Shown here: piece by piece, positions 37,549 to 47,396 of the stretch
Numbering within the stretch: position 1 is the stretch's first letter
Layout: every line of letters starts with the position of its first letter
Program-made: the position numbers and the translations under genes
Assembly (NCBI GenBank): GCA_947457465.1
Contig: CANGWB010000005.1
Span: forward strand, 11,829-75,828
DNA length: 64,000 nt
Direction of reading: 5' to 3'
From: Chitinophagaceae bacterium
GTDB taxonomy: Bacteria > Bacteroidota > Bacteroidia > Chitinophagales > Chitinophagaceae
The notes under the pieces: generated by a model
Database searches by the model: none
What the model was told of the DNA's origin: nothing
Seen by the model: only the letters and a program-made list of their open reading frames with translations

Positions 37549-39143
37549 CAACGGACTTTTAACATGGCGCGTACATGCTGATTGACTCCATTTTGGAATC
37601 GCGCATAATAGACACCCGGTGGTAATGGTTCACTATCAAACGTGACAGTATAAGTACCCGCAGCATACTCCTTGTCTACCAGATTCGTCAATACACGTCC
37701 AAGTGTATCCATGATCTGGATCAGGGTATGCCCCCCGGCTGTTCTGAACTTAATAGTGGTGGTTGTTTGGAACGGATTCGGGTAGTTGGTAACCATCACC
37801 TCAACAGGAGAAGGATTCGGAGGCATGACTCCATTACAAACCCCCGCCTTGATCAGCGGCAGACTTTGTAACTGATTGTTGATATTGGGCGGGAACAAGG
37901 AATCGACCACCGACTTATCCAAGCAAAACCATTTCTCCAATAAAGTCGCATAGATACTTCTGAAATCGTATTGCATCGGTATGTTGTCGTTCACCGTAGC
38001 GGTTGCCGGCAAGGTCGGATTAACACCCAACATGCCAGGATCTACCGACTTACCGAATAGGAACATAGGCGCAGCCGCTCCGTGATCGGTACCGGAACTG
38101 GAGTTGGACTTGATGCGTCGACCGAATTCACTGAAGGTCATTCCCATAACCCGATCCTCGATACTCAAAAACTTTAAGTCTTCCTGAAACGCCCGGATCG
38201 CATCGGAGACACGTTGAAGCAATGTAGCATGTGACCCGGTAGTGGTATCTGCGGCATTGACTTGCACAGAGTGCGTGTCAAATCCACCGAAGCTCACCAT
38301 ATAAACACGTGTTCTCAATCCGCCTTTTATCAAGCGAGCGACGATCTTGAGTTGATCGGCTAATGAATTATTCGTGGGATAAGTAAACTGAGTGGTTACA
38401 TTATTGGCAGCTGTTCGAACTGCACTGGCATAGCCCTGCGTTTGCTGGTTGACCTGACGGATGAATTTCAATTCCTTACCGGCTCGGGTATTGGGTACAG
38501 GGTCGGTTGTGCCATTGATCAGGTTGTAAAAACTAGTGGGATTGGTGATGCTCATTCCCATGTTCACCGTAGGCCCTTGCAATGTCAAGGAGGTGGTTGA
38601 ACCGATCTGGATCGCCAAGGGATCAGGCATATCATCATTTGGATAACCGACAGGAAAATCAGGATACTCGTAATTCAGGTAACGCCCGGCCCATCCGGTG
38701 TACACTTCTTGATTACTGTTGGAGCCGCTCATCCAAATATCGGTGGCCCGGAAATGGGAGAAATTCGGTTGCGGATATCCGACAGCTTGAATCAGCTTGG
38801 CTTTTCCATCGGAGAATAGTCCCTGTAAACCGGTCATCGACGGATGCAGTCCGGTTCCGGTAACGCCGGTGATCGGAAGCACTCGATTTTCCGGAATGGC
38901 CACGTTGGATCGGGCATTGAAATAACGGGAGTAATCCGCTACCGGGATCACCGTGTTCAATCCGTCGTTACCACCCGATAATTGCACGATGACTAGCACA
39001 TGATCGGTCAAGGTGGTTCCTTGCATCAGCGCTTGCACCAGCGGTGATTGAGCATTGAAGGCCTTGATCGAATAGCCATTGATCAACTCCGGCAGCATGG
39101 CCGCCGCAGGGATTGAACTATATAAAAAGTCTTTGCGTTTCAT
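37548..39143 (-). CDS. DUF1501 family protein with type A T9SS C-terminal domain
   Basis: LVIVQLSGGNDGLNT, SHFRATDIW, GWAGRYL, GGFDTH, FSEFGRR, GTDHG; C-terminal YPNPF...D.LGR...G.YY. Start moved to ATG 39143. Confidence 0.88.
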   Translation of the reverse strand: MKRKDFLYSSIPAAAMLPELINGYSIKAFNAQSPLVQALMQGTTLTDHVLVIVQLSGGNDGLNTVIPVADYSRYFNARSNVAIPENRVLPITGVTGTGLHPSMTGLQGLFSDGKAKLIQAVGYPQPNFSHFRATDIWMSGSNSNQEVYTGWAGRYLNYEYPDFPVGYPNDDMPDPLAIQIGSTTSLTLQGPTVNMGMSITNPTSFYNLINGTTDPVPNTRAGKELKFIRQVNQQTQGYASAVRTAANNVTTQFTYPTNNSLADQLKIVARLIKGGLRTRVYMVSFGGFDTHSVQVNAADTTTGSHATLLQRVSDAIRAFQEDLKFLSIEDRVMGMTFSEFGRRIKSNSSSGTDHGAAAPMFLFGKSVDPGMLGVNPTLPATATVNDNIPMQYDFRSIYATLLEKWFCLDKSVVDSLFPPNINNQLQSLPLIKAGVCNGVMPPNPSPVEVMVTNYPNPFQTTTTIKFRTAGGHTLIQIMDTLGRVLTNLVDKEYAAGTYTVTFDSEPLPPGVYYARFQNGVNQHVRAMLKVR

Positions 39144-39163
39144 AAGTTGCAGTTGACGAAGGC

Positions 39164-40828
39164 TTAGATGAGTTGATATTCGGCCAGGTTGTACAAATAC
39201 TTGAACAGATTCATGAGACGAGTATTGACCGTATTGAAATTCGCAGTGGTCGGATTGGCAACGTAGGCCATCCAGGCATTGGTCCAGTAGTAATCCCACT
39301 GTTGCCCTGTCAATAGGATCTGTGTTTTGATCTGTGCCTTACTCGAAGCCGACAATGAATTGCGGAAAAAACGTGTCACGGCTTCATCGATCAAATCATT
39401 AGGATTTCCCGGATTGAAAAATGTTTGCGCGATTGCCACACAATCGAATCGAACCCTGACCCCGTTGACCAAATAACCTGTATTGATCATCGTATCAGTG
39501 AACTGATTTCGCTTGGGCAGCGAATCGGCGTTGATCCAGATTTCATGGAATAGAGGTTCCTGGTAGTATGCCGGCATACCGGATACATTGGGTGGATCAT
39601 GCAAATTCATCCCCATGTTCGTCATCCAGCTGTAGAATGTATTCCACATCCCGTAATTGGCGAGGTAATTGGACGGATCCGGAAACACCGTGTTCATTTC
39701 CCGAATCGCACCGATCACCTGATCGGCCGGATTCTTGATCACACAGCCGCGGTTCATGACGTCGAAAAAGTGTTGGCTTTGGAATAGCGCAGTCAATACC
39801 GGCTTCCATTCGTAGTTGTTATTGCGAAATATAGCAGCCAGTGGGGTGATCACATTTTGCTCAGTTGCCTCATCGATAGTATAATACACAAACCAGCGAT
39901 AGAGTTTGCGGACCAGAAACTTAGCGACCTCATTTTGCGCAAAGGTCATATTGATCAGATCGCTCAATTCCAGGTCGCCTGCTGTTGCACCGGTTCGACC
40001 GGTGATGACCGTGTTATTGAAAAAAGAGGAAAATGTTTTATTTACCGTGCTGTGTCGGGATGCGGTGAAAATAGCTTGCCAGGTTGTACCATTGATCTGC
40101 CAACCGGTTAACACTTTTGCGGCCTCTTTCACATCATTTTCAGTGTAGCGCGAATCCGGACCTTTACCGAGCGTGAACAACTCAAATAGTTCCCTTGCAT
40201 AGTTCTCGTCGGGTGCAGAGGCATTGTTCAAATAACCATTGAGGTAGCGAAGCATCATCAGATCCTTGGTGATGCTTCGTGTCAGCTCCTTGTAATTGCC
40301 CAATGCAAACTGTCGGATGAGCATTTGTTGGCGATAGGCCCAGTTAGCATTCCCCACATCGGCAGATTCATTCCCGAAGTGGTCGACTAAAAACATGATG
40401 AACTTTTCCCGAATACTTCGGTCCTGATTGATCAGTACACCGGTCCACCATTTCTTGTATGAAGCTCTTCGTTGCGCCTGAACCGTACCATCATTATTGA
40501 TGTCATTCACCCAGGTGGTTCCCTGCGTGATATTGGCATCGGCATTTACACCGGGGGTTGTTGAGGTGGTATACTCCTTAATCGGCAAAGCCGGATCGGC
40601 TGCGGTTGGATCGAGCAACTCATTGACGGCCTGGGATAGGCTTCTTGACTTGAAGTAATCTACGTCAGCCTTTTTGGCGCCGAACATGGTTCGCTTCAAC
40701 AGATGGATCACCTCTTGTTCAGTCCAGGGACCGGTATAGGTATCAATCCCCGATAAGGTGCGGGGCGGCTTCATTTCAGGGGTAGCCACTGTTCGCCGCG
40801 AGGCGGTCAGAAATTCTCTTCTATCCAT
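39164..40828 (-). CDS. DUF1800 family protein
   Basis: HLLKRT.FG, REK..MFL.DHF, MLRYLNG, PDENYARELFELFTLG, Y.E.DV.E.AKVLTGW, PPNVSG.P.Y; adjacent to DUF1501 as usual. Confidence 0.88.
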   Translation of the reverse strand: MDRREFLTASRRTVATPEMKPPRTLSGIDTYTGPWTEQEVIHLLKRTMFGAKKADVDYFKSRSLSQAVNELLDPTAADPALPIKEYTTSTTPGVNADANITQGTTWVNDINNDGTVQAQRRASYKKWWTGVLINQDRSIREKFIMFLVDHFGNESADVGNANWAYRQQMLIRQFALGNYKELTRSITKDLMMLRYLNGYLNNASAPDENYARELFELFTLGKGPDSRYTENDVKEAAKVLTGWQINGTTWQAIFTASRHSTVNKTFSSFFNNTVITGRTGATAGDLELSDLINMTFAQNEVAKFLVRKLYRWFVYYTIDEATEQNVITPLAAIFRNNNYEWKPVLTALFQSQHFFDVMNRGCVIKNPADQVIGAIREMNTVFPDPSNYLANYGMWNTFYSWMTNMGMNLHDPPNVSGMPAYYQEPLFHEIWINADSLPKRNQFTDTMINTGYLVNGVRVRFDCVAIAQTFFNPGNPNDLIDEAVTRFFRNSLSASSKAQIKTQILLTGQQWDYYWTNAWMAYVANPTTANFNTVNTRLMNLFKYLYNLAEYQLI

Positions 40829-40851
40829 GGCAGTTAGTTATGCGCTTGGTA

Positions 40852-40877
40852 TAGACTGAAAGTAGAAAAAAAGTTTA
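40852..40877 (-). promoter_or_regulatory. Candidate ECF-sigma promoter for the DUF1800 operon
   Basis: TAAAC-N16-GTCTA on the minus strand about 25 nt upstream of the DUF1800 ATG; no TAnnTTTG box seen. Confidence 0.4.
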
Positions 40878-40945
40878 AAAACCTACGATACGTCCAATGA
40901 AAAAACGGTAAAATGACTGATGGTTCGTATATCTACATGTTTAGC

Positions 40946-42121
40946 TCAGTAGGACTCCAGAATGCCTGCTATGCCTTGTCCACCCCCAACACAAGCCGTT
41001 ATCATCCCATAACGCTTGCCTAATCGCTTGAGATCGTGCAGATTCTGTATGGTCAGTTTGCAACCCGTACACCCCAAAGGATGTCCGAGTGCGATGGCAC
41101 CGCCGTTGATATTTACTTTTTGCTGATCCAGTCCGGCCTCGCGGATCACCGCCAGGGCCTGTGCGGCAAAAGCCTCATTTAATTCGATCAGATCGATCTG
41201 ATCCAGCTTCATCCCGGCTTGTTTGAGTGCCAGCGGAATGGCAGCAACGGGACCGATACCCATGATACGGGGATGCACACCTGCCACGGAGCAGGCGATC
41301 AATCGTCCGATTGGCGACAAACCCAATTCTTTCATTTTGCGTTCACTCATGACCACCACAAAAGCAGCTCCGTCAGAAGTTTGAGAGGCATTACCGGCCG
41401 TTACCGTTCCCTTGGGTGCAAAGGCCGGCTTGAGTTTTGACAAGGCATCGATAGACGTATCGGCACGCGGACCTTCATCCGTATCGACAACAAATTTTCG
41501 TTTTTGTTTTTTACCGTTTTCATCAAGATAAACTTCCTCCACCGTAACGGGAAGAATACCCGGTTTAAAATGACCAGCCTCAACCGCAGCCAAGGCTTTT
41601 TGATGAGATCGAAAGGAGAATTCATCTTGATCTGCTCGCGAAACAGAATAATCAGTGGCGACGGCTTCTGCCGTCAACCCCATATTCAGATAATAATCTG
41701 GCTCAGTAGAAGCGATCTCAAAAGAGGGAACGGTTTTCCAACCGGACGTAGGTACAAGACTCATACTCTCTACCCCACCGGCTACAATGATATCAGCCAT
41801 ACCGGATCGGATCTTAGCCGTAGCGATGGCGATGGTTTCGAGACCGGACGCACAATAACGATTCACTGTCATCCCGGGTGTTTCTATGCCAAGAGCCCGT
41901 GCTGCAATGATGCGACCCACCTGTAAGCCCTGTTCAGCCTCCGGTACTGCATTGCCCACGATCACATCGTCTACGAACTGACCCGCTAGGGCCGGCACGG
42001 AACGAATCAGCTCCTGAATGAGCGTGACGGCCAAATCATCTGGACGAGTGAAACGGAATCCACCTCGCTTTGATTTGGTGACTGCCGTCCGATAACCGGC
42101 TACGATATAGGCTTCGTTCAT
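40946..42121 (-). CDS. fadA: Acetyl-CoA C-acyltransferase (thiolase)
   Basis: VNRYCASG, GGVESMS, MGLTAE, GNASQ.SDGAA, NEAFAAQ, NGGAIALGHPLG, CVGGGQG. Confidence 0.9.
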   Translation of the reverse strand: MNEAYIVAGYRTAVTKSKRGGFRFTRPDDLAVTLIQELIRSVPALAGQFVDDVIVGNAVPEAEQGLQVGRIIAARALGIETPGMTVNRYCASGLETIAIATAKIRSGMADIIVAGGVESMSLVPTSGWKTVPSFEIASTEPDYYLNMGLTAEAVATDYSVSRADQDEFSFRSHQKALAAVEAGHFKPGILPVTVEEVYLDENGKKQKRKFVVDTDEGPRADTSIDALSKLKPAFAPKGTVTAGNASQTSDGAAFVVVMSERKMKELGLSPIGRLIACSVAGVHPRIMGIGPVAAIPLALKQAGMKLDQIDLIELNEAFAAQALAVIREAGLDQQKVNINGGAIALGHPLGCTGCKLTIQNLHDLKRLGKRYGMITACVGGGQGIAGILESY

Positions 42122-42197
42122 GTGAAAAATGCTTACTCAAATGTACCGAAACGAAATGGGCAGGCAATGGGCCGGTCCTTCGGTATATTTGTCCACC

Positions 42198-43220
42198 ATG
42201 TACCAGCTGATCAGAAACATATTATTTCTCTTACCCGCGGAAACAGCCCATACATTTTCGATGACACTACTACGGATGGCCTGTAGCCTGTCATTGACGA
42301 GATACTGGATCAAAAAATTCTATAGTCCTACTCCGAAGCGAATCGAAATGTGGGGATTACCCTTTCAAAACCGAGTCGGACTCGCAGCAGGATTTGATAA
42401 AAATGCCCGCTACCTGCGTGAACTCGAAACACTCGGATTCGGTCATGTAGAGATCGGCACCGTTACACCATTGCCACAGGCCGGCAACCCCAAACCCCGA
42501 CTATTCCGTTTACCGAAAGACCGGGCACTCATCAACCGCATGGGTTTTAATAATGACGGAGCGGAGGTCATCGCCGAACGACTTCGTGTATGGAGACAAA
42601 AAAATCCAGACACGCAGCTGATCGTTGGTGGCAACATAGGAAAAAACAAACAAACCCCCAACGAATTAGCTGAATCTGATTACCGGATCTGCTTCGAGAA
42701 ACTCTATCCGTATGTAGACTATTTCACCGTGAATGTCAGTTCACCTAATACACCCGGACTCCGTTCGCTGCAAGAACCCGAAGCGCTAAAGCGAATATTT
42801 CAAACCTTATTGGAAGCCAATCAACAACAGCCGCAACAAAAACCGATCTGGCTGAAAGTGGCACCCGATCTGGAAATCGAAGCGATGGATCAAGTGATCG
42901 ATCTGGTGCTCTCGATGGGATTGAACGGATTAGTGTTGTCGAACACCACCTTATCAAGAGCGGGATTAAAAACAGATCCGGATCAAGTGGAGAAGATCGG
43001 AGCCGGCGGACTCAGTGGTATGCCATTAAAGGACAGATCTGTAGCCTGGGTACAACGAGCCCATGAACGAACCAACGGTAAAGTTCCCATCATCGCCAGC
43101 GGTGGGATTTTCAAGAAAGAAGATGCCGAAAATTTAATTCGTGCAGGAGCGAGTTTAATTCAAGTATGGACGGGCTTTATTTATGAAGGTCCGGGTATCA
43201 TAAAAAACCTTTCTTCCTAG
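42198..43220 (+). CDS. pyrD: Quinone-dependent dihydroorotate dehydrogenase
   Basis: GLAAGFDKN, GTVTP.PQ.GN, RLFRL, INRMGFNN, GGNIGKNK, NVSSPNTPGLR, KVAPD, SNTT, GGLSG. Start moved to ATG 42198. Confidence 0.96.
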   Translation: MYQLIRNILFLLPAETAHTFSMTLLRMACSLSLTRYWIKKFYSPTPKRIEMWGLPFQNRVGLAAGFDKNARYLRELETLGFGHVEIGTVTPLPQAGNPKPRLFRLPKDRALINRMGFNNDGAEVIAERLRVWRQKNPDTQLIVGGNIGKNKQTPNELAESDYRICFEKLYPYVDYFTVNVSSPNTPGLRSLQEPEALKRIFQTLLEANQQQPQQKPIWLKVAPDLEIEAMDQVIDLVLSMGLNGLVLSNTTLSRAGLKTDPDQVEKIGAGGLSGMPLKDRSVAWVQRAHERTNGKVPIIASGGIFKKEDAENLIRAGASLIQVWTGFIYEGPGIIKNLSS

Positions 43221-43230
43221 ATAAATCGCC

Positions 43231-43932
43231 TTACTGTAAACGCAGGCAAGTGGCAGCCACTACACCGGCCGTCTCGGTTCGCAACCGAGTAGGTCCGAGT
43301 TGAACAGCCTCAAATCCCGCATCAAGTGCAGCCTGTATTTCTTTTGCCGTGAAATCTCCTTCGGGACCAATCAACATGCCTGCTTCTTCAAGTAGCCGCA
43401 GGTCCGCAATCGATTTTTTTTCCGACTCGATGCAATGAGCGATGTATCGTTGCAGCTGATCCGTTTCCCAGGTTCGGATCAGAGAAGCGATGGGTGTTGG
43501 CTCATGAAGGACCGGCAACCAGACTTGCTGACTTTGTAGCATGGCAGCGATCGATACCTGTCGAAGCCGATCGATACGAAGATGCTGTTTTTCTGTTCGC
43601 TCGGTGATGACTGGTTGAATGGAGCAAACACCTAATTCAGTGGCCTTTTCAATGAACCATTCAAAACGACTATTATTCTTTACCGGTGCGATGGCCAGAT
43701 GCACCCTCCTTCCTCTCCAAGGTGTACTGGTTCGTTGCTCTGCCAACAAGCAACAAGCTTTCTTGGAAACAACCTGCAAGATCCCGGTTACTTTATTCCC
43801 CAACCCGTCTGTGATATGCAGTGCTTCTCCAACCTTCATACGCAAGACCTGCGCAATGTGATGGCTGGTATCCGCATCTAGTTCGATCGATGCCGTTTGA
43901 GGAATATGAGGAATATAGAAGAAGGGTGCCAT
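43231..43932 (-). CDS. rsmE: 16S rRNA m3U1498 methyltransferase
   Basis: HHIAQVLRM, EKATELGV, ERT, QS.Q..LP, IGPEGDF, LG.TRLRTETA. Start moved to ATG 43932. Confidence 0.95.
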   Translation of the reverse strand: MAPFFYIPHIPQTASIELDADTSHHIAQVLRMKVGEALHITDGLGNKVTGILQVVSKKACCLLAEQRTSTPWRGRRVHLAIAPVKNNSRFEWFIEKATELGVCSIQPVITERTEKQHLRIDRLRQVSIAAMLQSQQVWLPVLHEPTPIASLIRTWETDQLQRYIAHCIESEKKSIADLRLLEEAGMLIGPEGDFTAKEIQAALDAGFEAVQLGPTRLRTETAGVVAATCLRLQ

Positions 43933-43933
43933 A

Positions 43934-45499
43934 TCAATCATCGAAATCCTCGCCATCGGATTCGTTCATGCGACTGGAGGTTTGAAGGAAGATCTTGGTT
44001 TGCCCCTGATCATCCAGATCACTCACGGGTTTCCAATTCGGCAACATGCCGGAGGAGTAGTTACCGCCTCCATTTTCATCAATGAATTTCTGTATGTGCA
44101 GGAGCGCTCGGAGATGTACGGTTTCCAAGGCGCCGTTACGGTGCTTGGCGATCTTCACAATGGTTTCGCCTTTATTGCTGTCGCCATTTTCATCCATCGT
44201 GACCTCGTAATACTCCGGACGATACAGAAACATGACCAGATCAGCATCCTGCTCGATCGCACCCGACTCTCGAAGATCACTCAATTGAGGGATCTTCACT
44301 CCATCCTTACTGGCACCGCGGGTTTCCACGGCACGACTCAATTGGGAGAGTGCAATGATCGGCACCGCCAATTCCTTAGCCAGCGCTTTCAGGTTTCGAG
44401 AGATGTTACTGATCTCCTGTTCCCGGTTGCTGTTTCGATTATCCCCTGTACCACTCATCAGTTGCAAGTAGTCGATGATGATCATGCCGATATTATGCTT
44501 ATTCTTCAAACGTCGACATTTCGCGCGCAATTCAAAAATGTTGAGTGCCGGCGTATCGTCGATAAACAAGGGGGCTTGTGCCAGTCGCTGAATACCCTTG
44601 GCATAAAGTTGTTTCATCTCATGATCAGCCAAGTTGCCTCGGTTGATCTTCTCCATGTGAATCTCACTCTCAGCAGATAGAATACGTTGCACCAACTGAG
44701 CGGCACTCATTTCAAGGGAAAATACCGCCACCGGTGTTGGCTTGGAGGAATGCATCGCAGCATTGCGCGCGAGGTTGAGGGCGAATGCTGTCTTACCGAC
44801 TGCGGGACGTGCCGCCAGAATGATCAGGTCTGTATTTTGCCAGCCGAAGGTGACGCGATCCAGCGTTGGGAATCCGCTTGGAACACCCGTGATATCTTCT
44901 TTTTTATTGCGTAAATCTTCAATGCGTTGGATTGATTGTACCAGAATGGAATCGATGGTCTGGAAGTTCTTGCGCAAGTTGCTATTGGTGATCTCGAACA
45001 GCTTGGATTCAGCCTGATCGAGCAACTCGAATACATCCGTGGAATCTTCATAGGATTCACCGATGATCTCTCCACTCACTCGGATCAACTCACGTTGAAT
45101 GAATTTCTGAAGGATGATGCGCGCATGCGCCTCGATGTGACTGGCTGACACCACCGCATTAGTCAAACGCGTTAAGTAATAAGCGCCGCCGATGGTCTCT
45201 AAGTCTTCCCGAAATCTTAATTCCTCCGCTACGGTAAGAATATCGATCGGCTGATTCTTCTGTGCGAGGGATTGAACCGCCTTGTAAATACGCTGATGCG
45301 CATCCACATAAAAACACTCGGGTTTGAGCAGTTCCGTCACCACATCAAATGCTTTCTTCTCCAATAGGATCGCGCCCAATACGGCCTCCTCCAGGTCTTT
45401 TGCCTGCGGCGGTACTTTTCCGTATACCATGCTGTTCATATCGAGTGCCGCCTTACCTCTCTTACGATCCCTTTCCCTTGGTGTGTTCTTTGTATCCAT
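43934..45499 (-). CDS. dnaB: Replicative DNA helicase
   Basis: PPQA.DLEEAVLGA, ILAARPAVGKT, FSLEMS, IDYLQL, ALSQLSR, LSDLRESGAIEQDAD, IAKHRNG. Confidence 0.98.
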   Translation of the reverse strand: MDTKNTPRERDRKRGKAALDMNSMVYGKVPPQAKDLEEAVLGAILLEKKAFDVVTELLKPECFYVDAHQRIYKAVQSLAQKNQPIDILTVAEELRFREDLETIGGAYYLTRLTNAVVSASHIEAHARIILQKFIQRELIRVSGEIIGESYEDSTDVFELLDQAESKLFEITNSNLRKNFQTIDSILVQSIQRIEDLRNKKEDITGVPSGFPTLDRVTFGWQNTDLIILAARPAVGKTAFALNLARNAAMHSSKPTPVAVFSLEMSAAQLVQRILSAESEIHMEKINRGNLADHEMKQLYAKGIQRLAQAPLFIDDTPALNIFELRAKCRRLKNKHNIGMIIIDYLQLMSGTGDNRNSNREQEISNISRNLKALAKELAVPIIALSQLSRAVETRGASKDGVKIPQLSDLRESGAIEQDADLVMFLYRPEYYEVTMDENGDSNKGETIVKIAKHRNGALETVHLRALLHIQKFIDENGGGNYSSGMLPNWKPVSDLDDQGQTKIFLQTSSRMNESDGEDFDD

Positions 45500-45608
45500 G
45501 ATTACTGAATTACGGCCGCTTGATCAACCGTATCACACGAAATAACTTGTTGCCCCTATTGGAAAAAAATTTTTCTTTCTGCACGAATTCTGCACCCCTA
45601 CAAAAGGG

Positions 45609-45617
45609 TTATCCACA
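45609..45617 (+). promoter_or_regulatory. Perfect DnaA box between recN and dnaB
   Basis: TTATCCACA about 110 nt upstream of the dnaB start. Confidence 0.45.
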
Positions 45618-45620
45618 ATA

Positions 45621-47288
45621 TCAAACGCCCAGTAGCTCGGCTGCATTTTGACGGGCAATCGATGTTGGCGACTCTCCTCCAATGATGCGGGCCAGCGCCT
45701 CTATTCGTTGGTCGGGCGTGAGCAATATAACCTGTGTTTCAATGCCTTGAGGTGTTTCAGACTTGGTGACATGCCAATGAAACTGACCCTTAGCCGCCAC
45801 CTGTGGCTGGTGGGTCACACAAATTACCTGCCGGTCGGCACCCAGCGCCCGTAGTAACAAACCGACTTGTTTGGCAGCTTCCCCGGATATGCCCGTATCG
45901 ATTTCGTCGAATATCAGCGTGGGCAATTGCATCTTATCAGCAGCAAGTGACTTAATACATAGCATCAGGCGGCTTAGTTCCCCACCGCTGGCCACTTTCC
46001 GTACCGGTTGCCATTGTGGTTCACCTTTTCCGCCAGTGTAATTGGCATCCAATAAAAAAATGCATTCGTCGGATCCGAAGGGACCGATCTCAGTTTCCCG
46101 AAGGGAAATACCGAATCGAGCGGTTGGCATTCCAACTTTTGCAAGAAGACTGTTCACTTGCTCGCTCCATGTTCCGACCACTGCCTCCCTTGCTGCATGT
46201 AGGATAGCTGATTTCTTTCGAAGGGCTTGTTCCTGTTTTTGTGTACGATCTTGAAGCGACTGGATCTCTGCCTCCATCGTTTCGGCAGCTGCCAGTTTCT
46301 CACTAAGCCGCTGCTGTAAGTCAATCAATTCAGCTGAATGCTTGGCACCATGCTTCTTCATCAACCGATACCCCAGCGACAATCGTTCCTGCATGTCGAA
46401 TAAAGCCCGTGGATCGAATTGAAAACCGGCACCAGCGCGATCCATTTCCCGAGCCAATTCACGGATCTCCATATCGACCGAACGCATTCGTTCCAGCCAT
46501 TCGGCAATGCTTGCATCCGTTTTTTCAAAGGGGTGCAGCGATTGTTGCATTTTCCGGAGTTGTTGTTGCAGGTTTTCTCCGTCGCCCTGCAAACGATCCA
46601 CCACTGACTGAATGGCCTGTGTCAGTCCCTCTGAACGATCCCCAGCACGAACTTTTTCTTCCAGCGATTCGATCTCCTCCGGCTGAAAGGAGGCATCCCT
46701 CAATTCCTGCAGGATATGCTGATCATACTCCTGTTCCTGTTTGATCCGCATCTGCCTGGCTTCCAACGCTTGCAGCGCATTCAAATCATGGCGCCAATCG
46801 GCATAAACAATTTGATAGGCATGTACGTCCTCGGTCAGTCCGGCCATGGCATCCAACAAGGCACGTTGACGATCTGTTTCGGTGAGCTCCAGTGTATCGA
46901 ACTGTTGATGAAGATCGACCAAGGAGGCTGTAAAGGATTGAAGTTGCGTCAAGTTGACCGGCGTATCGTTCAGAAAAGCACGTGATTTTCCATTCACAGT
47001 AACCTCTCTTCGGATACACCATTCACTTTCGCCCTCTATTTCCAATGATTGCAAAAGGGGATGCGTAGACAAATGTGGGGCGATGAATAAAGCCTCTACC
47101 ACACATTTTTCGGCAGCATCGCGAAGCACTGAGGAGTCGGCCCGATCGCCCAGCACCAAACCCAAAGCCCCCAGTAGAATCGACTTACCAGCACCGGTTT
47201 CACCCGTCATGACAGAGAAGCCGAGTGAGAAGTCCAACCGAACCTCCCGGATCAATGCATAATTACGTATATAAAGCTGCTGCAGCAT
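45621..47288 (-). CDS. recN: DNA repair protein RecN
   Basis: TGETGAGKS, coiled coils, ASGGELSR.ML, LIFDEIDTGISG, VTHQPQVAA. Confidence 0.97.
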   Translation of the reverse strand: MLQQLYIRNYALIREVRLDFSLGFSVMTGETGAGKSILLGALGLVLGDRADSSVLRDAAEKCVVEALFIAPHLSTHPLLQSLEIEGESEWCIRREVTVNGKSRAFLNDTPVNLTQLQSFTASLVDLHQQFDTLELTETDRQRALLDAMAGLTEDVHAYQIVYADWRHDLNALQALEARQMRIKQEQEYDQHILQELRDASFQPEEIESLEEKVRAGDRSEGLTQAIQSVVDRLQGDGENLQQQLRKMQQSLHPFEKTDASIAEWLERMRSVDMEIRELAREMDRAGAGFQFDPRALFDMQERLSLGYRLMKKHGAKHSAELIDLQQRLSEKLAAAETMEAEIQSLQDRTQKQEQALRKKSAILHAAREAVVGTWSEQVNSLLAKVGMPTARFGISLRETEIGPFGSDECIFLLDANYTGGKGEPQWQPVRKVASGGELSRLMLCIKSLAADKMQLPTLIFDEIDTGISGEAAKQVGLLLRALGADRQVICVTHQPQVAAKGQFHWHVTKSETPQGIETQVILLTPDQRIEALARIIGGESPTSIARQNAAELLGV

Positions 47289-47350
47289 GGAGAAGCAAAT
47301 TAACTCATAGGTGATTCACGGAAGAATGGTAACACTACAATTTTCCGGTC

Positions 47351-47377
47351 AAAAAAAATCCCGGCCGGGGCCGGGAT
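47351..47377 (-). terminator. Intrinsic terminator after the zinc-ribbon gene
   Basis: ATCCCGGC-N4-GCCGGGAT followed by T8 on the minus strand. Confidence 0.8.
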
Positions 47378-47396
47378 CGATTCAGTTTATGTTTGT

